IMG/VR virus record: IMGVR_UViG_3300008266_000033
Location: 32,001-96,000 of that record
DNA from: a virus
DNA length: 64,000 nt
Reading direction: 5' to 3' (one strand)
In this document: positions 9,907 to 20,254 of the stretch, one piece after another
Position numbering within the stretch: the stretch's first letter is position 1
Layout: each line of letters starts with the position of its first letter
Program-made: the position numbers and the translations under genes
Notes under the pieces: generated by a model
The model's database searches: none
What the model saw: the letters and a program-made list of their open reading frames with translations, nothing else
What the model was told of the DNA's origin: nothing

Positions 9907-10821
9907 TCAGCAAATTAATAATAAAATTTTATAAATCAAAGCTAAAAGGTTAATTTCTTTATCTATTTTAAAATTAGCATGAAATAAATATTCCTCTAAT
10001 AATACAATGATTTCTCCTACATGGTTTTTAGCAAATTCATCTATATTTTCAAATAAAAACTTATATATTTCATCAAATTCAGTTAATTGAGAATCAGCTA
10101 TAATTTGTCGGATATGATTAAATGATTTATTTGAGGGTGATTTTAATTCTTTTAAGATTAATTCTTTATAATTTCCAGATATAAGAACTTTCTCATCAAG
10201 AATTAATTTAGAATCTTTAGACAAAATTTGGCATGTACTTAAAGTTTTTCTTAAATCAGGATAAAACTTATTAACTATTTTTACCAAATCTTCAGCTTCA
10301 TACTCGATTTGTTCTTTTTCTAAAATAATAGCAACATGAGTAGCAATATCCTTTTTAGAAGGAGGAACTATATTTAAAACTTGACACCTAGATTGAATAG
10401 GGTCTATAATCCTTTCAACATAATTACATGTAAGAATAAATCTAGTGTTCAGTGAAAATGTCTCAATAACATTCCTTAATAAAGCTTGAGAATCTATTCG
10501 AATGAAATCAGCTTCATCTAAAATAACTACTTTTAATGGTTTAAATGAGGCTGAGGAAGCAAATCCTTTAACTTTATCCCTCATTACATCCATTGAACGT
10601 TCATCTGTAGCATTTATATAAAGATAATCACATTCAATACTATTTACTATGAGTTTAGCTAAAGTAGTTTTTCCAGTTCCTGGGGGTCCTGAGAAAATCA
10701 TATGAGGTATATCATTTTTATCTATACAATCTTGGATAAGATCTTTTATAGATTCATTACCTACATAGTCTTCTAAAATTTGACTTCTGTATTTTTCAAC
10801 CCAAAGAGTATGTTGTTTCAT
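9907..10821 (-). CDS. Clamp loader AAA+ subunit (RFC small subunit/T4 gp44-like)
   Basis: LWVEKYR, GPPGTGKTT, VILDEAD, SRC. Confidence 0.93.
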   Translation of the reverse strand: MKQHTLWVEKYRSQILEDYVGNESIKDLIQDCIDKNDIPHMIFSGPPGTGKTTLAKLIVNSIECDYLYINATDERSMDVMRDKVKGFASSASFKPLKVVILDEADFIRIDSQALLRNVIETFSLNTRFILTCNYVERIIDPIQSRCQVLNIVPPSKKDIATHVAIILEKEQIEYEAEDLVKIVNKFYPDLRKTLSTCQILSKDSKLILDEKVLISGNYKELILKELKSPSNKSFNHIRQIIADSQLTEFDEIYKFLFENIDEFAKNHVGEIIVLLEEYLFHANFKIDKEINLLALIYKILLLIC

Positions 10822-11006
10822 TGATTAAATTTATTTCTTAAAAAAGGAATAATATCGTTTATAGGATAATTTTTATTACAGCCATCTTCATCTGTTAATG
10901 TTACAAAAAATGCTTCAAATTCTACAACATAATGTAACTCACTGATAGTATAGGGCCGTTCATTTATATAAACTACTAGGCCCATTAATTTTTCAGCTCC
11001 TCTCAT
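10818..11006 (-). CDS. Hypothetical protein
   Basis: 62 aa ORF with ATGA overlap. Confidence 0.55.
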   Translation of the reverse strand: MRGAEKLMGLVVYINERPYTISELHYVVEFEAFFVTLTDEDGCNKNYPINDIIPFLRNKFNQ

Positions 11007-11009
11007 TGA

Positions 11010-12659
11010 TTAAAACATGTCGTTATATTGAGGAACAGCATTATTTTGTTTTGATTCCTCTTTTTTATCTACTATAACACATTCAGTCAATAATACAGTA
11101 CCAGCTACTGAAGCAGCATTTTCTAAAGCAGTTCGAGTAACTTTAGTAGGATCAATAATTCCTTGCTCAATCATATTAATAACGATTTCTTCTTTAATGT
11201 TGTATCCAAAATATGGTTTTTCACCTGCTTCTCCTAATTCAAGAATTAAATTACATGTTTCATATTGTTCTCGTTCTGAAATTCCAGCATTAGATACGAT
11301 TTTACTAAAAGGAGCAAAACATGCATCATGAACTATTTGCTTTCCAATATTAAAATCCTCACTATCAGATTTAGAATATGTAATAGCTTGACTAGCATAG
11401 ATTAGAGCTGAACCACCACCTGGAACAATACCTTCTTCAATTGCAGCTTTAGCAGCATGTAATGCATCATCAACCCTATCTTTCTTTTCTTTCATTTCAG
11501 TTTCAGTATTACCACCAACATGGATAATAGCTACACCTCCAATGAATTTAGCTAAACGTTCTTGTAATTTTTCTTGCTCATAAGGAGTAGCAGCTTTTTC
11601 AATTTGAGCTTGAAGTTCTTCCATTCGTTGTTTAATACTTTCTTCAGAACCTTTACCATCAACAATTGTAGTTTTATCTCGATCAACAGTAGCTACTCGT
11701 GCTTCACCAAACCAATTTGAATCAAAACGCTCAAACTTCATTCCTTTTTCACTACTGAATACTGTACCACCAGTTAAAATAGCCATATCTTCTAAAAGAA
11801 GTTTTCTACGCTCACCAAAATCAGGAGCTTTAACTGCTGCTACTCTTAGAATACCTCTCATTTTATTTACGATAAGAGTTGCTAATGCTTCACCATCAAT
11901 ATCTTCTGCTACAATAAGTAAAGATCGATTTTGGTTTGAAACACTTTCTAATAGTGGAAGTAATTCTTTTACTTGAGTGATTTTTCTATCAACTATTAAA
12001 ACCAATGGTTTATCTAGAGTACAGGACATGTTATTATTATCAGTAACAAAATAATGTGATTTATAACCACGATCAAATTGCATACCTTCTACTGTTTCAA
12101 GATATGTTTCACCTGAACGTGATTCTTCAATATGAACTACACCTTCACGTCCTACTTTTTCTAAAGCAGTAGCAATAATTTTACCAGTTTCAGTATCGTT
12201 ATTAGAAGAAATAATAGCTACTTGCTCTAATTGTTCTTCTGAAGCAATATCTGAGGAGATTTGGGTTTTTAAGCAGTCAACTATTTGTTTTACTCCAGCA
12301 TCAATACCTCGTTTAATTTCTACTGCATTATGTCCATTATTTAGATATTTAATACCTTTTTGAATAATTTTTTGGGCTAATAAGGTTGAGGTTGTTGTTC
12401 CATCTCCTGCTCGATCAGCTGTTTTAATAGATGCTTGTTTAACCATTTGTGCTCCCAATTCTTCAATAGGATCTTCAAATGAATCTACTCGTTTAGCTAC
12501 TGATACACCATCTTTAGTAGAAACTACATTTTCACCATCATTAAAAATTACATTTCGGCCATTAGGACCTAAAGTAGATGTCACAGCATCACTTAACCTA
12601 TTAATACCTTTAATTAGTTTTTCTCTCGCAACTGCGCCTGTTTCAATAACTTTACTCAT
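11010..12659 (-). CDS. groEL: Chaperonin GroEL
   Basis: TLGPNGRNV, TKDGVSVA, AGDGTTT, GMQFDRGY, KAPDFG, GIVPGGG, GIIDP. Confidence 0.97.
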   Translation of the reverse strand: MSKVIETGAVAREKLIKGINRLSDAVTSTLGPNGRNVIFNDGENVVSTKDGVSVAKRVDSFEDPIEELGAQMVKQASIKTADRAGDGTTTSTLLAQKIIQKGIKYLNNGHNAVEIKRGIDAGVKQIVDCLKTQISSDIASEEQLEQVAIISSNNDTETGKIIATALEKVGREGVVHIEESRSGETYLETVEGMQFDRGYKSHYFVTDNNNMSCTLDKPLVLIVDRKITQVKELLPLLESVSNQNRSLLIVAEDIDGEALATLIVNKMRGILRVAAVKAPDFGERRKLLLEDMAILTGGTVFSSEKGMKFERFDSNWFGEARVATVDRDKTTIVDGKGSEESIKQRMEELQAQIEKAATPYEQEKLQERLAKFIGGVAIIHVGGNTETEMKEKKDRVDDALHAAKAAIEEGIVPGGGSALIYASQAITYSKSDSEDFNIGKQIVHDACFAPFSKIVSNAGISEREQYETCNLILELGEAGEKPYFGYNIKEEIVINMIEQGIIDPTKVTRTALENAASVAGTVLLTECVIVDKKEESKQNNAVPQYNDMF

Positions 12660-12673
12660 GTTTTTTATAGTTT

Positions 12674-12964
12674 TTAATCATTAATAATTGCTAATAACTG
12701 TTTTTCAGGGCAAATATAATATTCTTCCCCCTCAAAGTCAAATTTAGTTGGACCCATTTGTGGGAGAATTACTTTATCTCCTACTTTTACAATAGTACTT
12801 AAAAATTCTCCTGTAATAGTATGACTACCAGGACCGATTGCTACTACTGTACCTGAAAGATTTTTTTCTTTCCCCATATCAGGAACGATAATAGATCCAT
12901 AACTCATTTCTTCTTGTGAAAATGGTTTAATAATAACTGCGTCGAATAATGCTTGTAATTTCAT
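12674..12964 (-). CDS. groES: Co-chaperonin GroES
   Basis: IIVPD, GTVVAIGPG, VKVGDKV; directly upstream of groEL. Confidence 0.92.
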   Translation of the reverse strand: MKLQALFDAVIIKPFSQEEMSYGSIIVPDMGKEKNLSGTVVAIGPGSHTITGEFLSTIVKVGDKVILPQMGPTKFDFEGEEYYICPEKQLLAIIND

Positions 12965-13251
12965 AAATCTTCAAATTGTTTAGTAATTAATTGTTGTATT
13001 TGTTTATATTCAGTTACAAATTCTTTAAGTGAATCATATGATTTAGTATTTACTTTTAGTTTCATAACTTTTTTTACAGCAGAATCAATATTAGAATAAT
13101 GACCTACATCTTGAACATACTCCTTACCACTATCAGTGTATGTTGGAGTAATTTTTTGTTTTAAAGTGTAGCAATAATCGTCTACTGAAATGAAATAGGG
13201 TTCCATAGACGGGTCTGAGATTGTTCTTGCTGATGTGATTTCAGTTTTCAT
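12961..13251 (-). CDS. Hypothetical protein
   Basis: 96 aa ORF in operon. Confidence 0.6.
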   Translation of the reverse strand: MKTEITSARTISDPSMEPYFISVDDYCYTLKQKITPTYTDSGKEYVQDVGHYSNIDSAVKKVMKLKVNTKSYDSLKEFVTEYKQIQQLITKQFEDL

Positions 13252-13263
13252 AACTTATATTTT

Positions 13264-13998
13264 TTAATATGTTTCTTTTTGGACTAGATAGTAATAACTT
13301 TCAATATCACCATCGGTAAAAACTAATTTCATTAAACCTTCTCTACTAATTAAGGCTTTAGCTTGGTCTGTTTTATTAGAGCTAAAAATTTCTTTTAAAA
13401 CATTAGCATCAAAACATAATTCAGAACCTCCTGATGAATTTATAACTATATCAGAAAATTTAAAATTAATTTTATTTGAAAAATCTGTTTGATCACCAAT
13501 AGTTAACATTACTTCATTTCCTCCTTCAAACCCCATAATATCTCTAATTGTAACCATATCAGCATCAGGAAGAGCATTTTTTGCTTTAATGAAAGAATTA
13601 ATATTATCTAATGTTAAATTAACTTCAATATCGTATTGGCCAGGATCATTAATAGATGGGATTTTAGGAATAAGCATTAAATCAGCTAAAGAATATTCCA
13701 AAGTATATTTTCCATCATAAATAGTTAATTTATTATAGACTTTATTACTTTTAAGAAAATCTAAATATAAAGTACCATCAGTAATATTAACTAATTTATT
13801 TAATTGAGCTGTATTAAATATAGCTATAGTAGCAGGTATTGTAGGAAAATTAGTAGTAATTCCTCCAACCATATCTTTGTTAGGAGTTATAAATTCTATA
13901 TTTAGTTTACTATTTTCAATTTTCCATTTAACAGAATCAATAAGTCCATTTAAATGGTATTTAGATATAATTGATTGAAATTTCTGTTTTTGAATCAT
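13264..13998 (-). CDS. DNA sliding clamp (T4 gp45-like)
   Basis: 244 aa, between PolB and clamp loader; C-terminal ISREGLMKLVF...YYLV pattern. Confidence 0.65.
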   Translation of the reverse strand: MIQKQKFQSIISKYHLNGLIDSVKWKIENSKLNIEFITPNKDMVGGITTNFPTIPATIAIFNTAQLNKLVNITDGTLYLDFLKSNKVYNKLTIYDGKYTLEYSLADLMLIPKIPSINDPGQYDIEVNLTLDNINSFIKAKNALPDADMVTIRDIMGFEGGNEVMLTIGDQTDFSNKINFKFSDIVINSSGGSELCFDANVLKEIFSSNKTDQAKALISREGLMKLVFTDGDIESYYYLVQKETY

Positions 13999-14000
13999 AC

Positions 14001-14034
14001 GGAAATATAATAAATTTTTTGTGAATAACCAAGC
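14001..14034 (-). promoter_or_regulatory. Putative host-sigma promoter
   Basis: Minus strand CTTGG...TTATTATATTT just before the ATG. Confidence 0.5.
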
Positions 14035-16764
14035 TTAAAAAAAATTAAAGAATTTAGATACATTTTTATTAAAAACTGGCATTTCCCATTTAATATCTGA
14101 ATATAAACTCTCTAATTTATTTTTCATAACTGAATCAAATACTAAAGCCCTATCAATAAATTGTTCAATAAAATCTATAATTTCAGGGGGATCTGAGTAT
14201 CCATTAAATCCTAATACCTCTATTTTATAAGGATTATTTTTAAGATAAGCAATATACATTTTATCTCCAATTTGAAAAGTAGGATATTTTTTATCTAATT
14301 TTTTAAATCTTAATAAGTCATTATAATAGATAGCACTTTTGGTATTAATTGGACATTTTTTTCTTAATCTTGAAAATATTTCTCCTGATAATGGAGGATT
14401 TTCTATATATTCTCCTACTTTTTTAAGACCTGTAGGTTTTAGTAATTTTCTCCAGTTAATTGTAGATAAACTATCTCTAAATTCAGTAATAAATTTATCA
14501 ATATCTTTTTTATTTTCTCCGAATATAACCTTTTCAATTAATGTTTTTCCAAAATCTCTAAATAATGGAGGGAAATTTGATTTCATCAAATCTAACCCCT
14601 TCATCTCTAACTCTTCAACATCAATCCCTTCTTTATTTACTACATACATAGCATATCTTCTTTTACCAGCCCAATATGCTTTTTCTACAATTACTTCTTG
14701 CTTTAATTCAAAATAATGTTTTCCATGTATGTTGAATAGATTAGAACACATTTGATTTAAATTATCATTTGCCTTTACCTGCAATTCAGCAGTCAATTCA
14801 AGTAATTTAGCAATTTTATTCTTTCTATCAGATAAATCAATGTTAGGGTATTTATGTAATAATAAATCTGTTAATTCTATATATAAACTATCGGTATCAC
14901 TCGCACGAACATATTGATTATCTTTGTTTTTACCATGTATTATATTGTCTATAAATGAATTTACAAATGTAATCGATTCCTGCGTTAATCTTTGACCACT
15001 GTTTGTAATAGATGCTGAACAAACTTTATACCCATCAGTAAATCTCCAACCATTAATTGCATAAGTACCATATAAAGCATTTTGCAAGATTTTAAAGGCC
15101 ATTTGATACAAATCATATAATTTATATTTTTCCCAATCTTCTGCTTTACCTGCTTTTTTCTTTAATGCTCGATAGTGTTCTCGTTTATCAAACCAATCCT
15201 CTAATACCTCGCAAGCTATACTTTTGTTATCATTATTATAAAAAGCACCGCTAGCTGAGATACTCCAATCATTATCTTCAATTAGATTAATTAGTTGACC
15301 TAATTTTATTTTAGCTGATTTTAATTGGTAGGTTTTATTATTTAGTTTTTCAATAATAATTTCTTCTTCTGGGTTTTTGAGTTTTAGTTTCTCTAATGAA
15401 AAATTCTGCTCATAGTTATCCTTAGTTACAATTCTTCCAATTAATGTTTCAACTCCTAAATTAAGTGATTTAATAATTGAAGGGTATAGTGATGTAAAAT
15501 CTAGGTCACTTAAATTAGAATATAAACCAGGTACAGGATCTAAAAGATACCCTCCAGCATATGAATCTTTTTTCTTTAAAGTATTAGATGAACGAGTAAT
15601 AATAGCTCCTGATGAATTCTTTACTTGAATTTGATCCTTATTTATATAATGGATAATTCCTTCAATAGTAGGGGTACCTCTTTGATTTACTACTATGTCT
15701 CCAATATTAAATTCTTTGATTGAAGGGTTAGTTGTAGTAGGTTTATTAGGTGCTATTACACCTTTTCGTTTTAAATAAGTTAATATAGCTCCTTCATTCA
15801 ATACTGTATTATAATAGATAGATTCATAAGGAGTATGACATAAGTGAGAAATTAAAACTGTTAATTGAATAAACTTTAATTTTTCCTCTAATGCTTCAAT
15901 AATTTCAACATCTCGAAGGTTATATTCAATAAATTTATTTTTATCTTCTTTAAATAACTTATCTAATGAACCATTATACTCAATCTTACCTAATTTTACA
16001 TACTTAGTTCCAATATCACCTAATTTATATGATGGTTCTTCCTTTGCTATATATTTTTTAAGCAAATGCATAAAATCTAAGCAATTAACCCCACCAATTC
16101 GAATAGGTGAATCTGCTGAGTATGGGTTTTCGCTTATTTTTTCAATAGGTGAAAGTCTTAGAGCTTTATTTTCTCCTAAAATTCTTTTAATTCTATAATA
16201 AAGATAAGGAATATCAAAAAAATCACCATTGTAATGAACACAGATAGTAGGATCAAGCTCTTGCCATGTTTTTAGAAATTTAGTTAGCAATTCAGTTTCT
16301 GAGGAGCAAGATATAATTTCCTTAGTATCTTCTATAAATGATTTTATTTCTTGTTTTTTATCAAGAATAAAACATATTTTTCTTTTAGAAGTTACATCTA
16401 TTAAAGCGATAGCTGTTACTTCAGCGTTAGCTTCTCTAATGGTTTGGGGTGTTAGAGCCCCTAACATTTCAATCTCAATATCTAAATAAACTATATCATG
16501 AGATGAAGGCATATCATCTGTTTCATAATATAAATCTCTTAATATCAATAATTCTTTATCAATATCTTTTTCTAAAATATTAGGATCATTCCAATCAAAT
16601 TTACCTTTGAATGGAGAACATCTATCCCCAAATAAGGTAAAATGTTCTCCATAAGGATCTAAACGATAATAGGTAGGGCGATATTGAAAAACCGACCACC
16701 CTTCTACATCATCTTTTAAATAATATTGTTTTTCGGGTCTATCGTAATAAATTGCTTGGTACAT
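14035..16764 (-). CDS. Family B DNA polymerase (replicative)
   Basis: ExoI DIEIE, ExoII YNGDFFDIPY, ExoIII YNLRD, motif A DFTSLYPS, motif B KILQNALYG, motif C SDTDS, KRRY. Confidence 0.96.
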   Translation of the reverse strand: MYQAIYYDRPEKQYYLKDDVEGWSVFQYRPTYYRLDPYGEHFTLFGDRCSPFKGKFDWNDPNILEKDIDKELLILRDLYYETDDMPSSHDIVYLDIEIEMLGALTPQTIREANAEVTAIALIDVTSKRKICFILDKKQEIKSFIEDTKEIISCSSETELLTKFLKTWQELDPTICVHYNGDFFDIPYLYYRIKRILGENKALRLSPIEKISENPYSADSPIRIGGVNCLDFMHLLKKYIAKEEPSYKLGDIGTKYVKLGKIEYNGSLDKLFKEDKNKFIEYNLRDVEIIEALEEKLKFIQLTVLISHLCHTPYESIYYNTVLNEGAILTYLKRKGVIAPNKPTTTNPSIKEFNIGDIVVNQRGTPTIEGIIHYINKDQIQVKNSSGAIITRSSNTLKKKDSYAGGYLLDPVPGLYSNLSDLDFTSLYPSIIKSLNLGVETLIGRIVTKDNYEQNFSLEKLKLKNPEEEIIIEKLNNKTYQLKSAKIKLGQLINLIEDNDWSISASGAFYNNDNKSIACEVLEDWFDKREHYRALKKKAGKAEDWEKYKLYDLYQMAFKILQNALYGTYAINGWRFTDGYKVCSASITNSGQRLTQESITFVNSFIDNIIHGKNKDNQYVRASDTDSLYIELTDLLLHKYPNIDLSDRKNKIAKLLELTAELQVKANDNLNQMCSNLFNIHGKHYFELKQEVIVEKAYWAGKRRYAMYVVNKEGIDVEELEMKGLDLMKSNFPPLFRDFGKTLIEKVIFGENKKDIDKFITEFRDSLSTINWRKLLKPTGLKKVGEYIENPPLSGEIFSRLRKKCPINTKSAIYYNDLLRFKKLDKKYPTFQIGDKMYIAYLKNNPYKIEVLGFNGYSDPPEIIDFIEQFIDRALVFDSVMKNKLESLYSDIKWEMPVFNKNVSKFFNFF

Positions 16765-17069
16765 TAAACTAGCTCTTCTTCAGGAATTAATAATTCTTTA
16801 ACTAATTCGTCGGCTTGTTGCCATTCATCTAAAGGTACGAACCTATTTACGTTAAACCACCAGATATCATCAAATGTTTTAAATCTATCTTTACATTTAG
16901 GACAATACTGGGCACGTCTAATACTATCTTTAGCAAAACCCACATCTATTAAAATGTAATTACATGAACATAACCCATACTTAATAGATTTAATTACATA
17001 ATTTTTATTTTCAACTAAAGGAGTATTTTTACTATTGACGCAAACTAGTTTTTGTCCTATATCAACCAT
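16764..17069 (-). CDS. Hypothetical protein with Cys motifs
   Basis: 101 aa with CSC and CPKC. Confidence 0.55.
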   Translation of the reverse strand: MVDIGQKLVCVNSKNTPLVENKNYVIKSIKYGLCSCNYILIDVGFAKDSIRRAQYCPKCKDRFKTFDDIWWFNVNRFVPLDEWQQADELVKELLIPEEELV

Positions 17070-17071
17070 GA

Positions 17072-17551
17072 TTATTTATGAAAAAATTGTTCTAAATTAG
17101 GTGAAAAATAATTTATTGATTTTTGAGCTTTTCTGTCACTTGAACGATAAACAATCCATAGATTTCCCACTTTTTCATAGTGGCATTCATAACCCTTTTC
17201 TTTAGATCTTACCTCAACTGTTTTTTGAGCCTCTTCTTCAGTTTGACATGCTTTAGATAAGTTTGAGGCCTGAATTTCATTATAGATAAATCTGAATTTA
17301 TCTTTTAATCCATAAGCTAAAATACCTGCTGATAAAACATACATGATATCTCCAAAAGCATCAGCAATTCCTACAATATCGTCGGCTTCATAAGCCTCTT
17401 TATATTCATTTAATTCCTCTAAAATAAAATCATAAATGAATTTTTTCTCAAATTCAGGAATATCTGTGGTAGGTTCGGTATTATTTAATTTTCCAAATAC
17501 TTCATTAAAAAGTTGTACTTCTGAAATAAATGGTACATATTTATCTTCCAT
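17072..17551 (-). CDS. MazG-like nucleoside triphosphate pyrophosphohydrolase
   Basis: EELNE...DAFGDIMYV and SNLSK motifs. Confidence 0.8.
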   Translation of the reverse strand: MEDKYVPFISEVQLFNEVFGKLNNTEPTTDIPEFEKKFIYDFILEELNEYKEAYEADDIVGIADAFGDIMYVLSAGILAYGLKDKFRFIYNEIQASNLSKACQTEEEAQKTVEVRSKEKGYECHYEKVGNLWIVYRSSDRKAQKSINYFSPNLEQFFHK

Positions 17552-17576
17552 TATTTATATTTTTTTATTAAGTTAA

Positions 17577-18212
17577 TTATATTATTTTAAATTTCCAAAT
17601 AAACCCATTTGAAGTATTCTGTTTACCATTACAACAAAAAGAAATACCATCTTTACTACTATTAGTTTGCCTAGCAGCTTCATTTATACTATTAAATTCA
17701 GCTAATTTGATTCCATCTAATGAATATTGTTCAACCATTTTTTTATTAGGAGCACTTTCTCTATATTTTAAAATCATTTCTTCAGTAGTAATACGAGGAT
17801 TATTTTGTTTAGTTTGTTTTATTTTATCTATCACCTCTTGTGATCTTGATTTTTTATTCATACTCCACCATTGTTTCATTTTATTAATAGTATCAGGGGT
17901 GTGTTTTTTACCTTTATTTAATAATCCATTCCCACCACTTCCCCCTAAACCAACATTTAATCCTTGTTTAACACTATTATAATGATTTATCCAATATATT
18001 TCACGTTCATCTAATTGTTCAATATTACATTCTTCAATAACTTCAAATTTATGATTTTCAACTCCATATTTTAAAATACTACGATGTAGTTTAATATGTT
18101 GTTTTATTGTTATTATATTAGAATGATAATATCTCCATCTATGTTTAATATTTCTGGATTGGCCAATATATATTTTACCAGTTGGGTTTGTTATTTTATA
18201 AATTCCTATCAT
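17577..18212 (-). CDS. Free-standing GIY-YIG homing endonuclease with NUMOD-type C-terminal domains
   Basis: GIYKITN...YIGQS, R, E.YWI, GKKHT repeat, QYSLDG...F.SI.EAAR. Confidence 0.9.
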   Translation of the reverse strand: MIGIYKITNPTGKIYIGQSRNIKHRWRYYHSNIITIKQHIKLHRSILKYGVENHKFEVIEECNIEQLDEREIYWINHYNSVKQGLNVGLGGSGGNGLLNKGKKHTPDTINKMKQWWSMNKKSRSQEVIDKIKQTKQNNPRITTEEMILKYRESAPNKKMVEQYSLDGIKLAEFNSINEAARQTNSSKDGISFCCNGKQNTSNGFIWKFKII

Positions 18213-18225
18213 ATATCAATAAATA

Positions 18226-18248
18226 TGCGTTCCTTGCAGAGGAACGCA
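18226..18248. other. 9-bp stem hairpin between the folE stop and the GIY-YIG late motif
   Basis: TGCGTTCCT-tgcag-AGGAACGCA. Confidence 0.7.
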
Positions 18249-18253
18249 ATCTA

Positions 18254-18979
18254 TTAACAATATGTTTGCATATGGAGTGTAAGCATACTCATTACTTCTT
18301 GTTTAGCTGTTCTGTTGTGATCAGCAAATACACCACTTACTTCACTTGTAACCATACTAGCACCCCAATGTTTAACACCCCTACAGGAAACACAATTGTG
18401 TGTGCTATGTACTACTACCATTACATTTTCAGTTTCAGCTACTGCTTGAATAGCATTATGAACAGCAACTGTAAGTTGTTCCTGAATAGCACCTCTACGA
18501 GCAAAGTGTTCTACTATACGATTAAGTTTAGATAATCCTACTACTTTACCATCTTCTCCAGGAATATAAGCAATATGTGCTTTACCTAAAATAGCTTGAT
18601 GATGATGTGAACACATACTAACAATTGGAATATCTCGTTCTAATACAATTCCATTATAACCATCACTAGGAAAAGCAGTAATATCTGTAGGTAACTCATA
18701 TCTACCCCTCCATAGATCTTTTACATAAGCTTTAGCTACTCGAGTAGGTGTTTCCATAGAATTAGGATCATTTTCCCAATCAACACCTAATGAGGTTAAA
18801 AACTTACCATAATAAAAAGAAGCATTTTTAATAATTTTTTCTTTTTCTTTTTCATTAAGTGAGCGATGCTCTCCTTTATCTAAAATTTCTTTTAATTGCA
18901 GTGAAATACCATTAGCATAACCTGCTTGAGCCGTTTCTAGATTTTCTACATCAATTACTTGTCTTCGTTTATTTTCCAT
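18254..18979 (-). CDS. folE: GTP cyclohydrolase I
   Basis: ETPTRVAK, SMCSHH, GLSKLNR, QEQLT, HNCVSCRG. Confidence 0.95.
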   Translation of the reverse strand: MENKRRQVIDVENLETAQAGYANGISLQLKEILDKGEHRSLNEKEKEKIIKNASFYYGKFLTSLGVDWENDPNSMETPTRVAKAYVKDLWRGRYELPTDITAFPSDGYNGIVLERDIPIVSMCSHHHQAILGKAHIAYIPGEDGKVVGLSKLNRIVEHFARRGAIQEQLTVAVHNAIQAVAETENVMVVVHSTHNCVSCRGVKHWGASMVTSEVSGVFADHNRTAKQEVMSMLTLHMQTYC

Positions 18980-19256
18980 AATTTTTAATAAAAGTTTTAA
19001 TTTTTTGTGGACCTTCTAAAACACTAACACCTCCATTATTTATATGAAGAATAGTAGGTATATACATTATATTAAAATATTCTTGTATTTCAGTTTCAGA
19101 ATCTGAATCTATTTCAATATATGAAATTTCATTTATATTTGCAAATTTTTTTATTAAAGGTTTGAGTTCTTTACAATGTCCACACCAATCAGTATGAATT
19201 AATATTATAGCCTCGTCATTGTTTAATTGAAGTTGTTTTAAAGTTTGTTTATCCAT
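18969..19256 (-). CDS. Thioredoxin-like protein
   Basis: WCGHC, IPT. Confidence 0.85.
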   Translation of the reverse strand: MDKQTLKQLQLNNDEAIILIHTDWCGHCKELKPLIKKFANINEISYIEIDSDSETEIQEYFNIMYIPTILHINNGGVSVLEGPQKIKTFIKNYGK

Positions 19257-19274
19257 ATAAAATTTTATTAATTA

Positions 19275-20249
19275 TTATTTCCAATTACCATTCTGTAAAA
19301 ATTGAGAAATTTTATCTTTTGTATTTGCTGGTTCATAACCTGTTGTATATCCTATTCGTCTTCTAGATTCACCCTTTTCATTTATGAAAAATATTTGTGG
19401 TAGAGCCATAACTTCAGAAATTTCAACAAGTTCTTGAGATTTTGTTTTAGGTTGTATAATTTCTTTATTATTAATAAATTTTTTAACAGGTGGATCAACA
19501 AGAATAAACTTAAATGAAACTAAATTTGTATCATAAGTTGTTTTAAATTTATCAAAATGTTTTTTCATTTCAATAGCTAACCCACAACTATTATCATAAA
19601 ATAAACATATTGTTTTTTTATTTCTAAAACTCAATAATTCTTTTTGTCTTTTACTTAATGGTAAAAACTTTGATTCATGAATTTTAATTCTAGCTTCTCT
19701 TTCATTATGTTCTTTTTTTACTTTTTCAAAAATTTTTCGTTCTTCTTCACTAAGAGTTTGTGAATAAACTGTTTGGGAAAAAGAAAATATAAAACTTACT
19801 AAAAAAAATAATGTTAAAGTTTTATTGAAAATAGAATTATTAAAACTAGTCATAAAATTACGTTTAAATTTTATCCAATTGTATTTAGTTGAACGTTTAA
19901 ATCTTTCTATATCAATATCAAATCTCATACGTCTTCCTATAGGATAAGAAACTTTAAGTAGTTCACGTTTTAATTTAGGGTATTTTTTGAATAAAGTAAT
20001 AAATTTTAGTTGACTTGGGTAACTACAAAAATCAAATTTACCATCTTCAAAATGAGCTAATTCTTGAGTTGAAGGAGTAAATTTATCTAAAAACTTAATA
20101 TCTACACCTCCTTCCAATAAATTACGTTTTAAAACTACCCAATTATCTGAACCTACGTTAACTGCACTTTCATAGAAATTATCCATTGCGGTATTAAGTT
20201 TAATCGAAACTTTTACCTTACTTTCATAAAGAAAATTTAGTGTTTTCAT
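19275..20249 (-). CDS. Hypothetical membrane or secreted protein with C-terminal thioredoxin-like fold
   Basis: Internal hydrophobic segment TLTLFFLVSFIFSFSQ; FYDNSCG and V.ALPQIFFINEKGE. Confidence 0.55.
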   Translation of the reverse strand: MKTLNFLYESKVKVSIKLNTAMDNFYESAVNVGSDNWVVLKRNLLEGGVDIKFLDKFTPSTQELAHFEDGKFDFCSYPSQLKFITLFKKYPKLKRELLKVSYPIGRRMRFDIDIERFKRSTKYNWIKFKRNFMTSFNNSIFNKTLTLFFLVSFIFSFSQTVYSQTLSEEERKIFEKVKKEHNEREARIKIHESKFLPLSKRQKELLSFRNKKTICLFYDNSCGLAIEMKKHFDKFKTTYDTNLVSFKFILVDPPVKKFINNKEIIQPKTKSQELVEISEVMALPQIFFINEKGESRRRIGYTTGYEPANTKDKISQFLQNGNWK

Positions 20250-20254
20250 AGTTT

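Noticed and set aside
14035-16764. Intein in PolB (also considered for NrdA and the helicase)
   Set aside because: No C/S...HN splice junctions or LAGLIDADG blocks seen, and lengths are near normal.
17552-18260. Group I intron carrying the GIY-YIG gene (likewise for the HNH at 25540)
   Set aside because: folE and queC end complete, and the flanking spacers (under 45 nt) are too short for an intron core or second exon.
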